Shown: piece by piece, positions 19,002-29,182 of the stretch
How the letters are laid out: every line of letters begins with the position of its first letter
How positions within the stretch are numbered: position 1 is the stretch's first letter
From: Candidatus Latescibacterota bacterium
Lineage (GTDB): Bacteria; Latescibacterota; UBA2968; GCA-2709665
Assembly: GCA_965208835.1 (NCBI GenBank)
Contig: OZ242358.1
Coordinates: 960,001 to 1,024,000 of the forward strand
DNA length: 64,000 nt
Direction of reading: 5' to 3'
Translations under genes and position numbers: made by a program
Notes under the pieces: model-generated
The model's database searches: none
The model's input: only the letters and a program-made list of their open reading frames with translations
What the model was told of the DNA's origin: nothing

Positions 19002-21114
19002 CGTCCACTCCAGGAATTTGAACCTCGAACACCGCCCCGGCCTGCTCTCCATTCACAACTGTAATCAACCCTCCCATGCGTTCCACGTCCCGTTTGACGG
19101 TAGCAAGCCCCAGGCCCGTCCCCGAAGCCTTTGTGGTATAGAACGGTTCAAAGACGTGCGAGAGTGCTTCCCGTGAAATCCCCGGGCCGGTATCCGAAAC
19201 CCACACCGAGACGCTCCCGTTCGAGCGCCCCGCCCTCACCGTAAGCCGCCGGTCCGCCGTCTGTTCCGAGTCATCCATCGCCTGGATTCCGTTCAGGATC
19301 AGATTGAAAAACACCTCTTTCAAATCTTCAGGATCTCCGGAAACCACCAGGCCGCCGACAACCTCGGACCGTATTTGCACATTACGCCGTTCCGCCTCGT
19401 GCGAAAGGATCAGGACGACGTCGTCGAGTACAACCTTGATGTCCACGGGCTCGAGTGTATCCCCGTGTTTCGGCTGTGCAAACCTGAGGAGCCGGTCCAC
19501 CACGCGGCCCAGCCGGTCGATTTCGTTCAACACGACTGTCAGATCGCCGGCCTTGTCCGGGTCGTTCTCCAGGTCTTCCCGAAGTACGGTGGTAATTGCC
19601 TTCATCGAGCTCAATGGGTTCTTCACCTCGTGAGCGATGCTCGCCGAAAGCAGTCCCAGCGCCGAGAGCCGCTCCGCCTCGTACATGCGCCGTTCCAGCT
19701 GCAGCCGCCGCTCCACGAGGCGTGTATTCTCCACCGCAAGCGCAACCTGATTGCACAGGGTGCCGAGCAGTTCCCATTCCTCCGATGAATACGGCACACT
19801 GCGTTTTTTCTCTCCGAGGCAGAGGAACCCGGCGAGCTTTTCCTCCTGCAACACGGGTATGCACAGACGGACGCCCTGTCCCTCGAGTACCGCGGCGAGC
19901 ACGGGACGATGCAACTCGCCCACGTCCAGTGCCCGCCGATGGACCAACATCCAATCCGCAACCTGCCGAACCTGCTCATGTTTCCCTTTACTTCGACTGA
20001 ACGGCGCCGCTGGCGGATCGAACCCGGTCAGTCCGCTTCCCGAGATTACCTTCACGTCATCGACGTGCCCGTCCTCGCTGTCGAACAACACCAGTGAAAC
20101 GACGTGCACCTTGAGCACGGTACCCACGGCGTCCACAACTGCCTTCAACCGGCTCTCCAGCGCATCCGGCACGTTCAGCGTCTGGCTCAGCGTCCTCAGT
20201 AGATGCTGGTACTGGTACCGTGCTTTAAAGAACAGCCGGTTGATTGCCCCCTGCAATCGATTCTTGACCGGCTGAAAGAGAAAGATCAGCAGCGAGATCA
20301 GCACCGCTTCAACGACTTCCACCCGGAACCCGCCGCCCAGGCGCCCGAGCTCTTCGGCGACGCGCCGGATCACAAGCAGATAGACGGTGAGGACGATACC
20401 GGTCAGCGCGGAATAGAGCAACGCGGGATTCACCACGATCCGGAAAAAGCTGTACCGATAGATGTAGTAGCCCAGAATGTAGGCCGGCGCGATGGGCGAC
20501 AGAAACAGCACCAGGTCGAGCGCCGGTCCGGCGAGAGGCAGGTTGATTCCCCCCAGGGGATATGCGATGCATGCCAGAATGGCGATACCGGTCAGCGCGA
20601 CCGCCGTGAGCCGGTAGAAGGACCGCTGAACTTCCGTAGTCAATTGCCTGGCAAAACTGCGGCATAGCAAGGCCGCGCACAGAAGCGCGGCAATGGCGTA
20701 TACGCTGAAGGCCACTCGCTTCAGCGGTACTTCCCACAGTCCTATTGCGAATACGATCAAGCCGGGGACGACCGCGACCGGGACGAGATTGCGCCGAAGA
20801 CCATCAACGATCCGGTTCTTTTGTTCATCCGCTGAAATCAGGACCGTCGCCAGCAAGGCTGAGGGTAGGAAGCACGTTCCGAAGCGTGCGACCTGGGACG
20901 CATAGGCCGCCGCGAGAGCGCCCGGCGCCGCCTGTTCTATCAGGATCCGCACCGCATCGCCCGTATACCACAGGGCACCCGCAAAAATCAACAGCAGCAG
21001 CGGAACCGGCGTGCCCCTGCGCTTGATGGCGGATACGAAGATACCCCAGAGCAGCCCGGCGGCGATGGCTCCGCCGACCAGCCAGATCGTGTCATATAGG
21101 GAGAGATTGATCAT
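18991..21114 (-). CDS. Multi-TM GAF-domain sensor histidine kinase
   Basis: About 8 TM segments, GAF region (LCIPVLQEEKLAGFLCLGEK), H-box AHEVKNPL, NLILNG, DTGPG, GTGLGL. Confidence 0.93.
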   Translation of the reverse strand: MINLSLYDTIWLVGGAIAAGLLWGIFVSAIKRRGTPVPLLLLIFAGALWYTGDAVRILIEQAAPGALAAAYASQVARFGTCFLPSALLATVLISADEQKNRIVDGLRRNLVPVAVVPGLIVFAIGLWEVPLKRVAFSVYAIAALLCAALLCRSFARQLTTEVQRSFYRLTAVALTGIAILACIAYPLGGINLPLAGPALDLVLFLSPIAPAYILGYYIYRYSFFRIVVNPALLYSALTGIVLTVYLLVIRRVAEELGRLGGGFRVEVVEAVLISLLIFLFQPVKNRLQGAINRLFFKARYQYQHLLRTLSQTLNVPDALESRLKAVVDAVGTVLKVHVVSLVLFDSEDGHVDDVKVISGSGLTGFDPPAAPFSRSKGKHEQVRQVADWMLVHRRALDVGELHRPVLAAVLEGQGVRLCIPVLQEEKLAGFLCLGEKKRSVPYSSEEWELLGTLCNQVALAVENTRLVERRLQLERRMYEAERLSALGLLSASIAHEVKNPLSSMKAITTVLREDLENDPDKAGDLTVVLNEIDRLGRVVDRLLRFAQPKHGDTLEPVDIKVVLDDVVLILSHEAERRNVQIRSEVVGGLVVSGDPEDLKEVFFNLILNGIQAMDDSEQTADRRLTVRAGRSNGSVSVWVSDTGPGISREALSHVFEPFYTTKASGTGLGLATVKRDVERMGGLITVVNGEQAGAVFEVQIPGVDDAA

Positions 21115-21167
21115 TGTTGGAATTGCAAGCAACTCGGCGAGGGGCCCGGGTGAGAGGCCGCCATAAA

Positions 21168-21298
21168 GCGGTTAGACGGTAGAGGGTAGACGGTAGAAGA
21201 AATCCTCGCCCGTTATGTAATTCCCTCTTGCCTCCGGCACGAGCAGAGACCTCACAAGGCAAGCTATCTCTCCCATCTATCGTCTCCCGTCTCCCCGC
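21168..21298. repeat. Heptamer-armed palindromic intergenic element, copy B
   Basis: AGACGGT AGAGGGT AGACGGT AGAAGAA ... TTGCCTCCGGCAC ... CCTCACAAGGCA ... TCTCCCA TCTATCG TCTCCCG TCTCCCC. Confidence 0.75.
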
Positions 21299-21407
21299 TT
21301 TTATGGAAATTAGCCAAATCCCCCGTTGATTTCAACTCAATCCGTCGGCAGCCAACGCGTCCGGTCTGCCGGACAGGCGCCCGCAAACCCGGGAAGTTGC
21401 GGGGGAA

Positions 21408-22211
21408 TCAACTCCCGGTCGACCGGTAGTGGCGGACTCCAAAGCTCCAGACGCGCAGGGCGACGAGCAGGAAGGCCAACCCCGCCATAGGGGACATCCA
21501 CTGCATCCATGTGGTGGACCCAAGGGGATCGGCACGGCCCAGTATTGCGAGGGCGGGAAAGTAGGAGATCCCGGCCAGAGGAACGACGTAGGTGAAGAAG
21601 CGACGGAACCACACGGGGTAGATCACCAAGGGGTACTGGGCGGTCTCCGTGCCGCCGTTGGTAAGGACGTTGGCGATTTCCAGGCCTTCCGTGGTCCAGA
21701 AGGCGAGCGTGGCCTGCAGGATGAACAGGCCCACGAAGAGGCCGACGCCGCCAAGAATTGTGCCCGCTGCGAGGGCGACCGTGGCGGCAGACCAGGTTAC
21801 CTCCAGCGCGTACTGCGCCCAGAGGAACACGGCAAAACCCTGGAGGAACCGTCCTATACGCAGGAGGTGGAGCTCCTGGCCGGCCAGTTGCAGTACGGTA
21901 CTCCGAGGGCGCAGCAACAGCCGGTCGAAATCACCGCTTCTCACCCACCTCCCAAAAGTGTCGAAACCCCGGGCTGTACTTTCGGCAAGGGCGAAGGCAA
22001 TATTGACTATGCCGTAGAGCAGAGCCACTTCGGGAAGGGTCCAGCCCCGGATGCTTCCGAAATGATCGAACAGCACCCAGAGCGCGGCGAAATCCAGACC
22101 GGTCATCAGAAAGTACCCTGCGGCCAGCATCACGAACGAGGCCTGGTATTGCATCTGGCCACGAACGGAGACCGTGATGTAGTGCAAATACAGTCGGAGG
22201 GCATTGCGCAT
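21408..22211 (-). CDS. ABC-2 family transporter permease
   Basis: 6 TM; SGDFDRLLLRP, QYPLVIYP, YRSTGS C-terminus typical of the ABC-2 (DUF990-type) family. Confidence 0.9.
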   Translation of the reverse strand: MRNALRLYLHYITVSVRGQMQYQASFVMLAAGYFLMTGLDFAALWVLFDHFGSIRGWTLPEVALLYGIVNIAFALAESTARGFDTFGRWVRSGDFDRLLLRPRSTVLQLAGQELHLLRIGRFLQGFAVFLWAQYALEVTWSAATVALAAGTILGGVGLFVGLFILQATLAFWTTEGLEIANVLTNGGTETAQYPLVIYPVWFRRFFTYVVPLAGISYFPALAILGRADPLGSTTWMQWMSPMAGLAFLLVALRVWSFGVRHYRSTGS

Positions 22212-22215
22212 CGCA

Positions 22216-23007
22216 TTATCCTCCCTGGATGACGAGCCGTCGTGTACCCCGGGCGAGCAGTAGGCGTCCCAGCGTGATCAGAACCAGAGTCCAGGCTATC
22301 TGGTGTACAAAAACCGGAACGATATCCGACGGAGAAATGTGACCCATATAGAGGCGGAATGGGACATCGACAAGGCCGCGGAACGGCAGTATGTTCAGGA
22401 CCGTCTGCGCCCAGTCCGGAAAAAACGGGAGTGGGACGTACATGCCGGAGAAGATCGCGACTGCGGCTACCATCAGCGTGGAGATGCCTTGTCCCGAGAT
22501 GGTCCAGAGCAAGGAGATGTTGAGCAGGTTTGCTATCGAGGCACCGAGCACAAGAGCCCCGAGAGTTGATAGGGCCCATGCGCCGGCAGATGACCATGAG
22601 GCCGGAGGCTGAAGGCCGAAGAAAAGCCCGGCGATGACGAACATCGGAACTGCCCGCAGCAGCGTCGGGGCGGTTCGCCTGGCAAGGTCCCGACAGAACC
22701 AGAAGGCGTACAGGTCCAGGGGCCGGACGAGTTCGTAGGCCACCTCGCCCGACCGGATCATCTCCCTCATTTCCCGGTCGATAATCCAGGGCAGCATGCC
22801 CAGAAGCGCCTGGCCGAGCCAGACGTAGGTGATTACCTCGGTCAGGCTCATCGGCTGCTGGGCCGTGGTGGAGTTGTAGAATGCTGCAAAGAACATCATG
22901 CGGATCAGGCCCCAGAATACCTGGGTGCCCAGTCCCGCAAGGGCCGCCACCCGGTATTGCAGCATCATCCGGAAACGGGCGCCGATCACGGCGGTGTAGG
23001 CTTTCAC
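22216..23007 (-). CDS. ABC-2 family transporter permease
   Basis: IRSGEVAYELVRPLD, PLPFFPDW, LVIQGG C-terminus; GTG start overlaps the ATPase TGA. Confidence 0.9.
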   Translation of the reverse strand: MKAYTAVIGARFRMMLQYRVAALAGLGTQVFWGLIRMMFFAAFYNSTTAQQPMSLTEVITYVWLGQALLGMLPWIIDREMREMIRSGEVAYELVRPLDLYAFWFCRDLARRTAPTLLRAVPMFVIAGLFFGLQPPASWSSAGAWALSTLGALVLGASIANLLNISLLWTISGQGISTLMVAAVAIFSGMYVPLPFFPDWAQTVLNILPFRGLVDVPFRLYMGHISPSDIVPVFVHQIAWTLVLITLGRLLLARGTRRLVIQGG

Positions 23008-23987
23008 ACCTTCTCCTTTTCGTACATGCGGGCGATGATTTCTTCGATGGGCGGGCTTTCGACGTAGAGATCCCGGACAGGGTGCCGGGCCACGATACGA
23101 CCGATGAGAGTTGCCGCAGATACCTGCTCCGGATCGAAGCTGAGGTGAATCCGGTGTCCAACCCGACTGATAACTTCGGCGTCCGGGTCGTGGACGGTTT
23201 CGGTACCGTCGACGAGGTCCAAGGTGAGCCGCCGTTCCCGGGTGACGCGTTCCGTCATGTCCTTGAGTGTACCGTCGGAGAGGATCCGTCCCTGGCCGAT
23301 GACCATGACGCGCGTACAAAGGGCTTCGATATCGTCCATGTCGTGCGTTGTGAGGATGACGGTAACGCCGCGTTCCCTGTTGAGGCGTTTGACGAAGTCC
23401 CGGACGCCTAGTTTGGAGACGGCGTCCAGACCGATGGTGGGCTCGTCCAGGAAGAGGAGCGGCGGCGAATGGAGCAGGGCCGCGGCCAGGTCGCAGCGCA
23501 TGCGCTGGCCCAGCGAAAGCTGACGAACGGGGACGTCAATCAGCGAGTCCAGGTTTAGCAGTGCTACGAGTTCGTCACGCGTGCGGTTGTACTCTGACTG
23601 CGGGACCCGGTAGATGTCGCGGAGCAGATCGAGAGATTCGATGACAGGCAGGTCCCACCACAGTTGGGTGCGCTGTCCGAAGACGACGCCGATCTCGCGA
23701 ACGTGGGCGATGCGTTCCTTCCATGGTACCCGTCCCAGGATCTCGCAGCGGCCCGAATCGGGCACCAGGATGCCCGAAAGGACCTTGACAGTAGTGGACT
23801 TGCCCGCGCCGTTCGGGCCGATGTAACCGACGAGTTCACCCGGCTGAATGGCAAACGAGATTTCGCCCAGTGCGGTTACCGAGCGATGGCGGCGGTGGAT
23901 TACGCTCCGGACCGCCCCCCATGTACCAGGTTTGCGTTCGGCGATGTGGAAGGTCTTCACGAGGTTTTCAGCGATTATCTGGTGCAT
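23004..23987 (-). CDS. ABC exporter ATP-binding protein
   Basis: GPNGAGKST, LSLGQ, LFLDEPT, TTH; start at ATG 23987 after GAGGAG. Confidence 0.93.
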   Translation of the reverse strand: MHQIIAENLVKTFHIAERKPGTWGAVRSVIHRRHRSVTALGEISFAIQPGELVGYIGPNGAGKSTTVKVLSGILVPDSGRCEILGRVPWKERIAHVREIGVVFGQRTQLWWDLPVIESLDLLRDIYRVPQSEYNRTRDELVALLNLDSLIDVPVRQLSLGQRMRCDLAAALLHSPPLLFLDEPTIGLDAVSKLGVRDFVKRLNRERGVTVILTTHDMDDIEALCTRVMVIGQGRILSDGTLKDMTERVTRERRLTLDLVDGTETVHDPDAEVISRVGHRIHLSFDPEQVSAATLIGRIVARHPVRDLYVESPPIEEIIARMYEKEKV

Positions 23988-24032
23988 TGTCCATCTCCTC
24001 CGTGGCCGGCGGACGGGGCAGGCGCCGAAGAC

Positions 24033-24071
24033 AAACAAAAAACCCGTTATCGAGATAACCTCGACAACGGG
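24033..24071 (-). terminator. Intrinsic terminator in the 5' leader of the ABC-2 operon (attenuator candidate)
   Basis: Minus strand CCCGTTGTCGAG-GTTAT-CTCGATAACGGG-TTTTTTGTTT, about 45 nt before the ATPase start, with no same-strand gene upstream. Confidence 0.7.
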
Positions 24072-24592
24072 CATTAGCGGACAACCGGGCCTGACCTTGG
24101 AAAGGCCGCCGTATGTTCAGCCTCCAGGGCACTTCGGTTTTTTCCTGGAGGCACAGGTTGACAATTTCATGTTAAGTATTTTCAAGGACTTATAGGTGAA
24201 CTCACTTATGTTTCGGAAATCTGATCAAGTCGATTGGGAACACTTGGGAAATATACCACATCTCGAAATCGGGGTCAAGACCAATCCTGTCCTGAAGTAG
24301 GAAGCCCTTACGACCTCCCGATCGTCAGATACCCATCCGAAGTGGTCCGCGAACCCACGTCGAGACCTGTCTGCGAGCGATGTACGGATGCGGTCGCGGC
24401 CACCCGAAATTCGCTCTAAATGCCGATACAGAAAACACTTGCGCGCATAATTCAGGCGTGTTATTTTTGTCGGCAACTAGATTAATAGAGTCTGTCGGAG
24501 GCTTTACGGAGCCGTCGCCATTTCGCCCGTTTCCAGTCCTGAAAAACAAAAAAGAGAACGACAGTGAAAGCCCGTCGTTGAATGGATATACG

Positions 24593-25600
24593 ATGAACTA
24601 CCATGCGTACATCACCGTTTCCAGCGAAGACAGGATTCTGAAGTGCCGGATGGATCCTGATACTGGAGACCTCGACTTCGAATACAGCATCCACGCAGAA
24701 GGCGGGCCGGGACCGCTTGCCGTCGACCCACGTCAGAAGTTCCTGTATCTGAGCAGACGCGGAGCGCGCGAGATCTCAGCTTACTCGCTCGATGCAGGCA
24801 CAGGCGGCGTTACCCTGCTGGGCTCGGTTTCCGTGGATGCCGACGCGTGTTATCTGAGTGTGGATCGAAAGGGACGCTTTCTGCTCTCCGCTTCCTATGG
24901 CGGAGGGATGGCGTATGTACACGCCATCCGACAAGACGGGACATTGAGCGAATCGCCCGTCGACTCGACCGTTACGTTGCCGAAAGCCCATTTCATTCTG
25001 ACGGACCCGTCGAACAGTCTTGCATTTTTGCCGCACGTGGGAGAATCCAACACCATTATAGGATTCCGTTTCGACGAGGATGCGGGCACGCTCCGTGAGG
25101 TCTCACGGACGTCCCACGAACCCGATGTGGGTCCCCGGCACCTGGCGTTCCATCCCGATCTGGATGTGGTTTATGCATCCAATGAACAGGGCAGCAGCGT
25201 AACCGCATATTCACTAGACGCCTCATCAGGGGTACTTGAACCTGTGCAGACACTGTCCACCCTGCCTGAAGGCTTCGGCGGTGAAAACACATGCGCGCAG
25301 ATCCACATCCACCCGTCGGGCAGCTTTCTTTATGTTTCCAACCGGGGCCACGACAGCATTGCGTGTTTTGCGGTTGACGGGACGGGCCGTCTCACGGGTA
25401 TCGGCATTCAGCGCACGGAACCGGTGCCCAGAGCATTCGGGATCGACCCCACGGGTAATTTTCTCTATGCGGGCGGCCAGGAGTCCGGCAGACTGGCATC
25501 ATACCGGATTGATGAACACAGCGGCCGGTTGTGTCCGCTAAGGACTTATTCCGTGGGTAAACAGTCCATGTGGGTCCTTATTCTGGCACTGCGGGCTTGA
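24593..25600 (+). CDS. Lactonase family beta-propeller (6-phosphogluconolactonase, Pgl-like)
   Basis: GPRHLAFHP, AQIHIHPSGSFLYVSNRGHDSI, PRAFGIDPTG motifs. Confidence 0.9.
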   Translation: MNYHAYITVSSEDRILKCRMDPDTGDLDFEYSIHAEGGPGPLAVDPRQKFLYLSRRGAREISAYSLDAGTGGVTLLGSVSVDADACYLSVDRKGRFLLSASYGGGMAYVHAIRQDGTLSESPVDSTVTLPKAHFILTDPSNSLAFLPHVGESNTIIGFRFDEDAGTLREVSRTSHEPDVGPRHLAFHPDLDVVYASNEQGSSVTAYSLDASSGVLEPVQTLSTLPEGFGGENTCAQIHIHPSGSFLYVSNRGHDSIACFAVDGTGRLTGIGIQRTEPVPRAFGIDPTGNFLYAGGQESGRLASYRIDEHSGRLCPLRTYSVGKQSMWVLILALRA

Positions 25601-25782
25601 TAAACGACTGTAGCTATTCGGGATTCTCTACGGCGGTCTCGACATCGCAATCCGGCAGGTTTCCGGCGTTCACGATGGCCGATTCCCTGCGCCCGTTGGC
25701 ACAGAAAATGGCGATTCCGTTCCGGAAAAACGAAAACGCAGTCTAAATGCCTTATTTCCCGTCAATAACGACCCTTAACCTA

Positions 25783-25828
25783 TTGACAAAGTCGGGTTTG
25801 TGACGTAATATATGGTATGATATATTAC
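25783..25828 (+). promoter_or_regulatory. Sigma-70 promoter with overlapping palindromic operator
   Basis: TTGACA-17-TAATAT; inverted repeat GTAATATAT-GGTATG-ATATATTAC (25805-25828). Confidence 0.7.
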
Positions 25829-25841
25829 TCACGATAACAAG

Positions 25842-26624
25842 ATGTTGCGACGGCTGGCCGTGTCCTGTTCGATTTCACGAATATTGCCATGTCTCTTCCG
25901 GTGTGTGGTGCTGGTTTTACTGGCGGCGTGCGCGACTCCAAGCCGGAGGACCGCTCCCCCGTCAGTGGTCGTTAACGAGGATTTCGATCCGCAACGACTC
26001 GACGACGACGACTTCCTGCTGAAACCGCCTGCCGGGGCAGAGACAGCTCAGGTCGATCAGACTGACGCGCCCGTTCCAACTTTCGTTAACGTAGACGGAT
26101 TTCGCGTGCAGATTGCGGTGGTATCCAGTCCGGACCGCGCCGCGACCGTCAAGGACGAGGCGGCAGCAATATTGGGCGCTCCAGTACATATCTACCGTGA
26201 TCCGGACACGGGTCTGTATAAAATACAGGCCGGAAACGGGCGTGCCGCGGCAGAGGTCGAAGCGCTGCTCCGGCGGGCCAAGAGCCAGGGGTACCCTGAA
26301 GCATTTATTGTGCGAACCCGGATCGAACTCCCTCGCGCCGCGGTTTACGGGCCGGAACCGGTGGTCGGATTCCGCGTTCAGGTTTTTGCGGCGTCGAACC
26401 GCGCCGCGGCTGAGAGCGAGATGGCCAACGTCCGGGACACCCTGGGACAGGACGACATTTATATAGAATCCGAGCCTCCGTACTTCAAGGTGCGGATTGG
26501 AAACTTCCGTACGCGGGAAGCCGCGGAAGGGTTCACGGAAAGGCTGCAGACTTACGGATACGATACACCCTTTGTAGTCCGGACACACATAGAAACAACC
26601 ACAGAACAGACAACCGACAACTGA
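25842..26624 (+). CDS. SPOR domain-containing lipoprotein (two SPOR domains)
   Basis: Lipobox LAAC; GFRVQI and GFRVQVFA..PYFKVRIGNFRTREAA repeats. Confidence 0.85.
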   Translation: MLRRLAVSCSISRILPCLFRCVVLVLLAACATPSRRTAPPSVVVNEDFDPQRLDDDDFLLKPPAGAETAQVDQTDAPVPTFVNVDGFRVQIAVVSSPDRAATVKDEAAAILGAPVHIYRDPDTGLYKIQAGNGRAAAEVEALLRRAKSQGYPEAFIVRTRIELPRAAVYGPEPVVGFRVQVFAASNRAAAESEMANVRDTLGQDDIYIESEPPYFKVRIGNFRTREAAEGFTERLQTYGYDTPFVVRTHIETTTEQTTDN

Positions 26625-26686
26625 ACGCGTACGGGGATGACCGCGAGCGGTCATGTTGTGGTGGCCGCCGCGAATGCAGGCCTGCT

Positions 26687-28621
26687 TTGCGCGACCGGTC
26701 CGCTACTCGTTCATCGGAGTCTCCGGTGGCCGTGTTTATGGATCGACTTTTCCAGAATGTCCAGATGAGAGTACGTTCGCTGAACCATGGCGTTGCGCAT
26801 TGCAGCCTTATCCTGGCGTTGCTGCTTTCGGGATGTTCGACCACGAAGCAGGTTTCAACGTTTCCCGAAGCGGAAGCGCCGGCGCAAGCCGCCGGGCCCA
26901 CGGCGACCGTCGCGGATTCCCCGGCGGTCAGAACAGCACGTCCTCGTACGGACCACGAACGACTTCAGCGAGCCCTGGACACACTTGACGAGGTTCGCCG
27001 GAACAGCGCGGCGATATCCGTGGAACGCGTATGTATTCTGCTCACCGATTCCACGGTCACAGGATCACTGACGCAGGTGCGCCACCTCGAACTGCTCAGG
27101 GCGACGTTAAAACGCTATCGGGATGTGCTGCCGCCGTCCGCGCTCGTGCGGCCGAATTCCGTACTGGGGCGGCTGATTGACGCGATTCCCGACAGCCTCG
27201 TTCCTCACTTGCGCGATGATGTTCATTACAAAGATCTCTATGTGCGCAAACTGGCAGGTTCCGCCGACATTCCGGTGGACTACAACGCCGAGGTCGTCAA
27301 GACTATCCGTTATTTCCAGACGACCGCCCGGAAGGCCTTCAAGGCCTGGCTTTCCCGTTCAACTCTCTATGAACCGATGATTCGCAGTTCTCTGCGTGAA
27401 GCGGGTTTGCCCGAGGATCTCGTCTATAAGGCAATGATCGAAAGCGGCTATAACCCGAGAGCCTATTCGCGGGCCAGAGCCGCCGGTATCTGGCAGTTTG
27501 TGAAAGGCACGGCGCGGCTTTACGGTCTCAAAAACAACGGCTGGATCGACGAACGCCGCGACCCCGACAAGTCCACGCGGGCGGCAATCAGGCATATTCA
27601 GCACCTTTACGGGTTGTTCGGAGATTGGCGCCTTGTCATTGCGGCATATAACTGCGGGCAGGGTCGCCTGGATCGTATTATCAGGCGTTCGGGCACGAAC
27701 GATTTCTGGAAGTTGAAGGGCCTTCCACGCGAAACACGCAGGCACGTGCCGCGGTTTATGGCGGCCCTGATTATCTCCAGAGACCCGGAGTGGTTCGGTT
27801 TTCATGACGTCGTCTACCAGGTTCCACCAGAGTACGATGTGGTACCTGTATCGGAGTACGTCCACCTTCGGGTGGCCGCCGAATGCGCGGGAACGACTTA
27901 CGCGCGAATGCGCAGTCTCAATCCCGAGCTCCGTTCAGGTTACACGCCGCCTTCGTCGCGCGGACCCTATGAACTTAGAATTCCCGCGGGTACCGCCGGC
28001 AGGTTCAAGGAAAACTATGCCCGCATTCCACCCGACCGGAAAGCGCGAATGGCCGAACATCGAGTGCGCCGGGGAGAAACCCCCGGCGGCATCGCGCGTG
28101 ACTGGGGCGTTCCAACTCGCACGGTGCTCGAGGCCAACAACATTAGGAATCCAAGACGTCTGCGCGTGGGCACGCTGTTGAAGATCCCGATCTTTCCGAA
28201 TAGCAAATCCAGGCGTACGGCAAGAAACCGTGCGCGCGTGACGGCGCCAGAACCGGACACCCACGGGAAAGTCTCGTACCGTGTAAGGAAGGGGGACACG
28301 CTGTGGGGAATCGGACGCAGGTATGGCGTCACTCCACGTCAGATCCGGGCGTGGAACAACGTCGGGAAGCATATTACGCCAGGAGACCGTCTGGTAATAT
28401 GGAGAAGTGACGCTCCTCAGGTTGCCCTGGCCAATCCTTCGGACCTGCATCGCGGAGATTTCTATATCGTGCGGCAGGGAGATACGCTCTGGGACATTGC
28501 CCGCAGTTTTCGCATCCGCGTCAACGACCTCAAGAAATGGAACCGTATCCGGAAGCCCGCAAGGCTCAGGGTGGGCGCACGGCTCCTGATACGACCATCC
28601 GGACTTCGGTCGGTGGACTGA
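26687..28621 (+). CDS. Membrane-bound lytic transglycosylase D-like protein with three LysM domains
   Basis: Lipobox LSGC; MIESGYNPRAYSRARAAGIWQF, AAYNCG; LysM repeats VRRGET, VRKGDTLW, VRQGDTLW. True start may be 26738 or 26765. Confidence 0.9.
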   Translation: MRDRSATRSSESPVAVFMDRLFQNVQMRVRSLNHGVAHCSLILALLLSGCSTTKQVSTFPEAEAPAQAAGPTATVADSPAVRTARPRTDHERLQRALDTLDEVRRNSAAISVERVCILLTDSTVTGSLTQVRHLELLRATLKRYRDVLPPSALVRPNSVLGRLIDAIPDSLVPHLRDDVHYKDLYVRKLAGSADIPVDYNAEVVKTIRYFQTTARKAFKAWLSRSTLYEPMIRSSLREAGLPEDLVYKAMIESGYNPRAYSRARAAGIWQFVKGTARLYGLKNNGWIDERRDPDKSTRAAIRHIQHLYGLFGDWRLVIAAYNCGQGRLDRIIRRSGTNDFWKLKGLPRETRRHVPRFMAALIISRDPEWFGFHDVVYQVPPEYDVVPVSEYVHLRVAAECAGTTYARMRSLNPELRSGYTPPSSRGPYELRIPAGTAGRFKENYARIPPDRKARMAEHRVRRGETPGGIARDWGVPTRTVLEANNIRNPRRLRVGTLLKIPIFPNSKSRRTARNRARVTAPEPDTHGKVSYRVRKGDTLWGIGRRYGVTPRQIRAWNNVGKHITPGDRLVIWRSDAPQVALANPSDLHRGDFYIVRQGDTLWDIARSFRIRVNDLKKWNRIRKPARLRVGARLLIRPSGLRSVD

Positions 28622-28672
28622 GTCAACCTCAAGGATTAAAGGGAGGATTCGCACACGCCTCATCAGTCGCTT

Positions 28673-29182
28673 GTGAAAGTCGTTCGAAATCTTCTGCTCA
28701 TCGCCCTGGCGTTGCTCATTCAGACTTCATGGGCGCATTCGGTCCGAATTCTGGATATCGGGCCGGACCTTGTGATCATCGTACTGGTTTACCTGGGCAT
28801 CTGCGGCGGACAGATTGAAGGCACGCTTTACGGATTCGCATCCGGCTTCCTGCTCGACATCTACAGCCCCGATACAATGGGAGTGAATGCGCTTGCAAAC
28901 AGCGTGGTCGGGTTTTCCGTCGGACACTTCCGGGCGGGCGTCAGTGTCGAAGATTTCCGGGTGCAGGCTTTGCTGCTGTTCCTGGCAGTTGTCTTACACG
29001 ATCTGATCTATTTTTTGTTCGCCAACATTCTCTCGAATCCAGATGCGATAGTGGGATTGATCTTCAGGTTCGGGTTCGGGACGGCATTATACACTGCAGT
29101 CGTTGGAGTCGGCATTTCGCTGGTATTGTCCATTCGCTTCAACAAAGGGATTTACCTCGATGCACGACGACTTTATGGATAA
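28673..29182 (+). CDS. mreD: Rod shape-determining protein MreD
   Basis: PDLVIIVLVY, GFASGFLLD; directly upstream of PBP2. Confidence 0.85.
   Translation: MKVVRNLLLIALALLIQTSWAHSVRILDIGPDLVIIVLVYLGICGGQIEGTLYGFASGFLLDIYSPDTMGVNALANSVVGFSVGHFRAGVSVEDFRVQALLLFLAVVLHDLIYFLFANILSNPDAIVGLIFRFGFGTALYTAVVGVGISLVLSIRFNKGIYLDARRLYG

Noticed and set aside
25696-25712. TTGGCACAGAAAATGGC as a sigma-54 promoter
   Set aside because: The GC is one base off the strict spacing, and a good sigma-70 promoter lies downstream.
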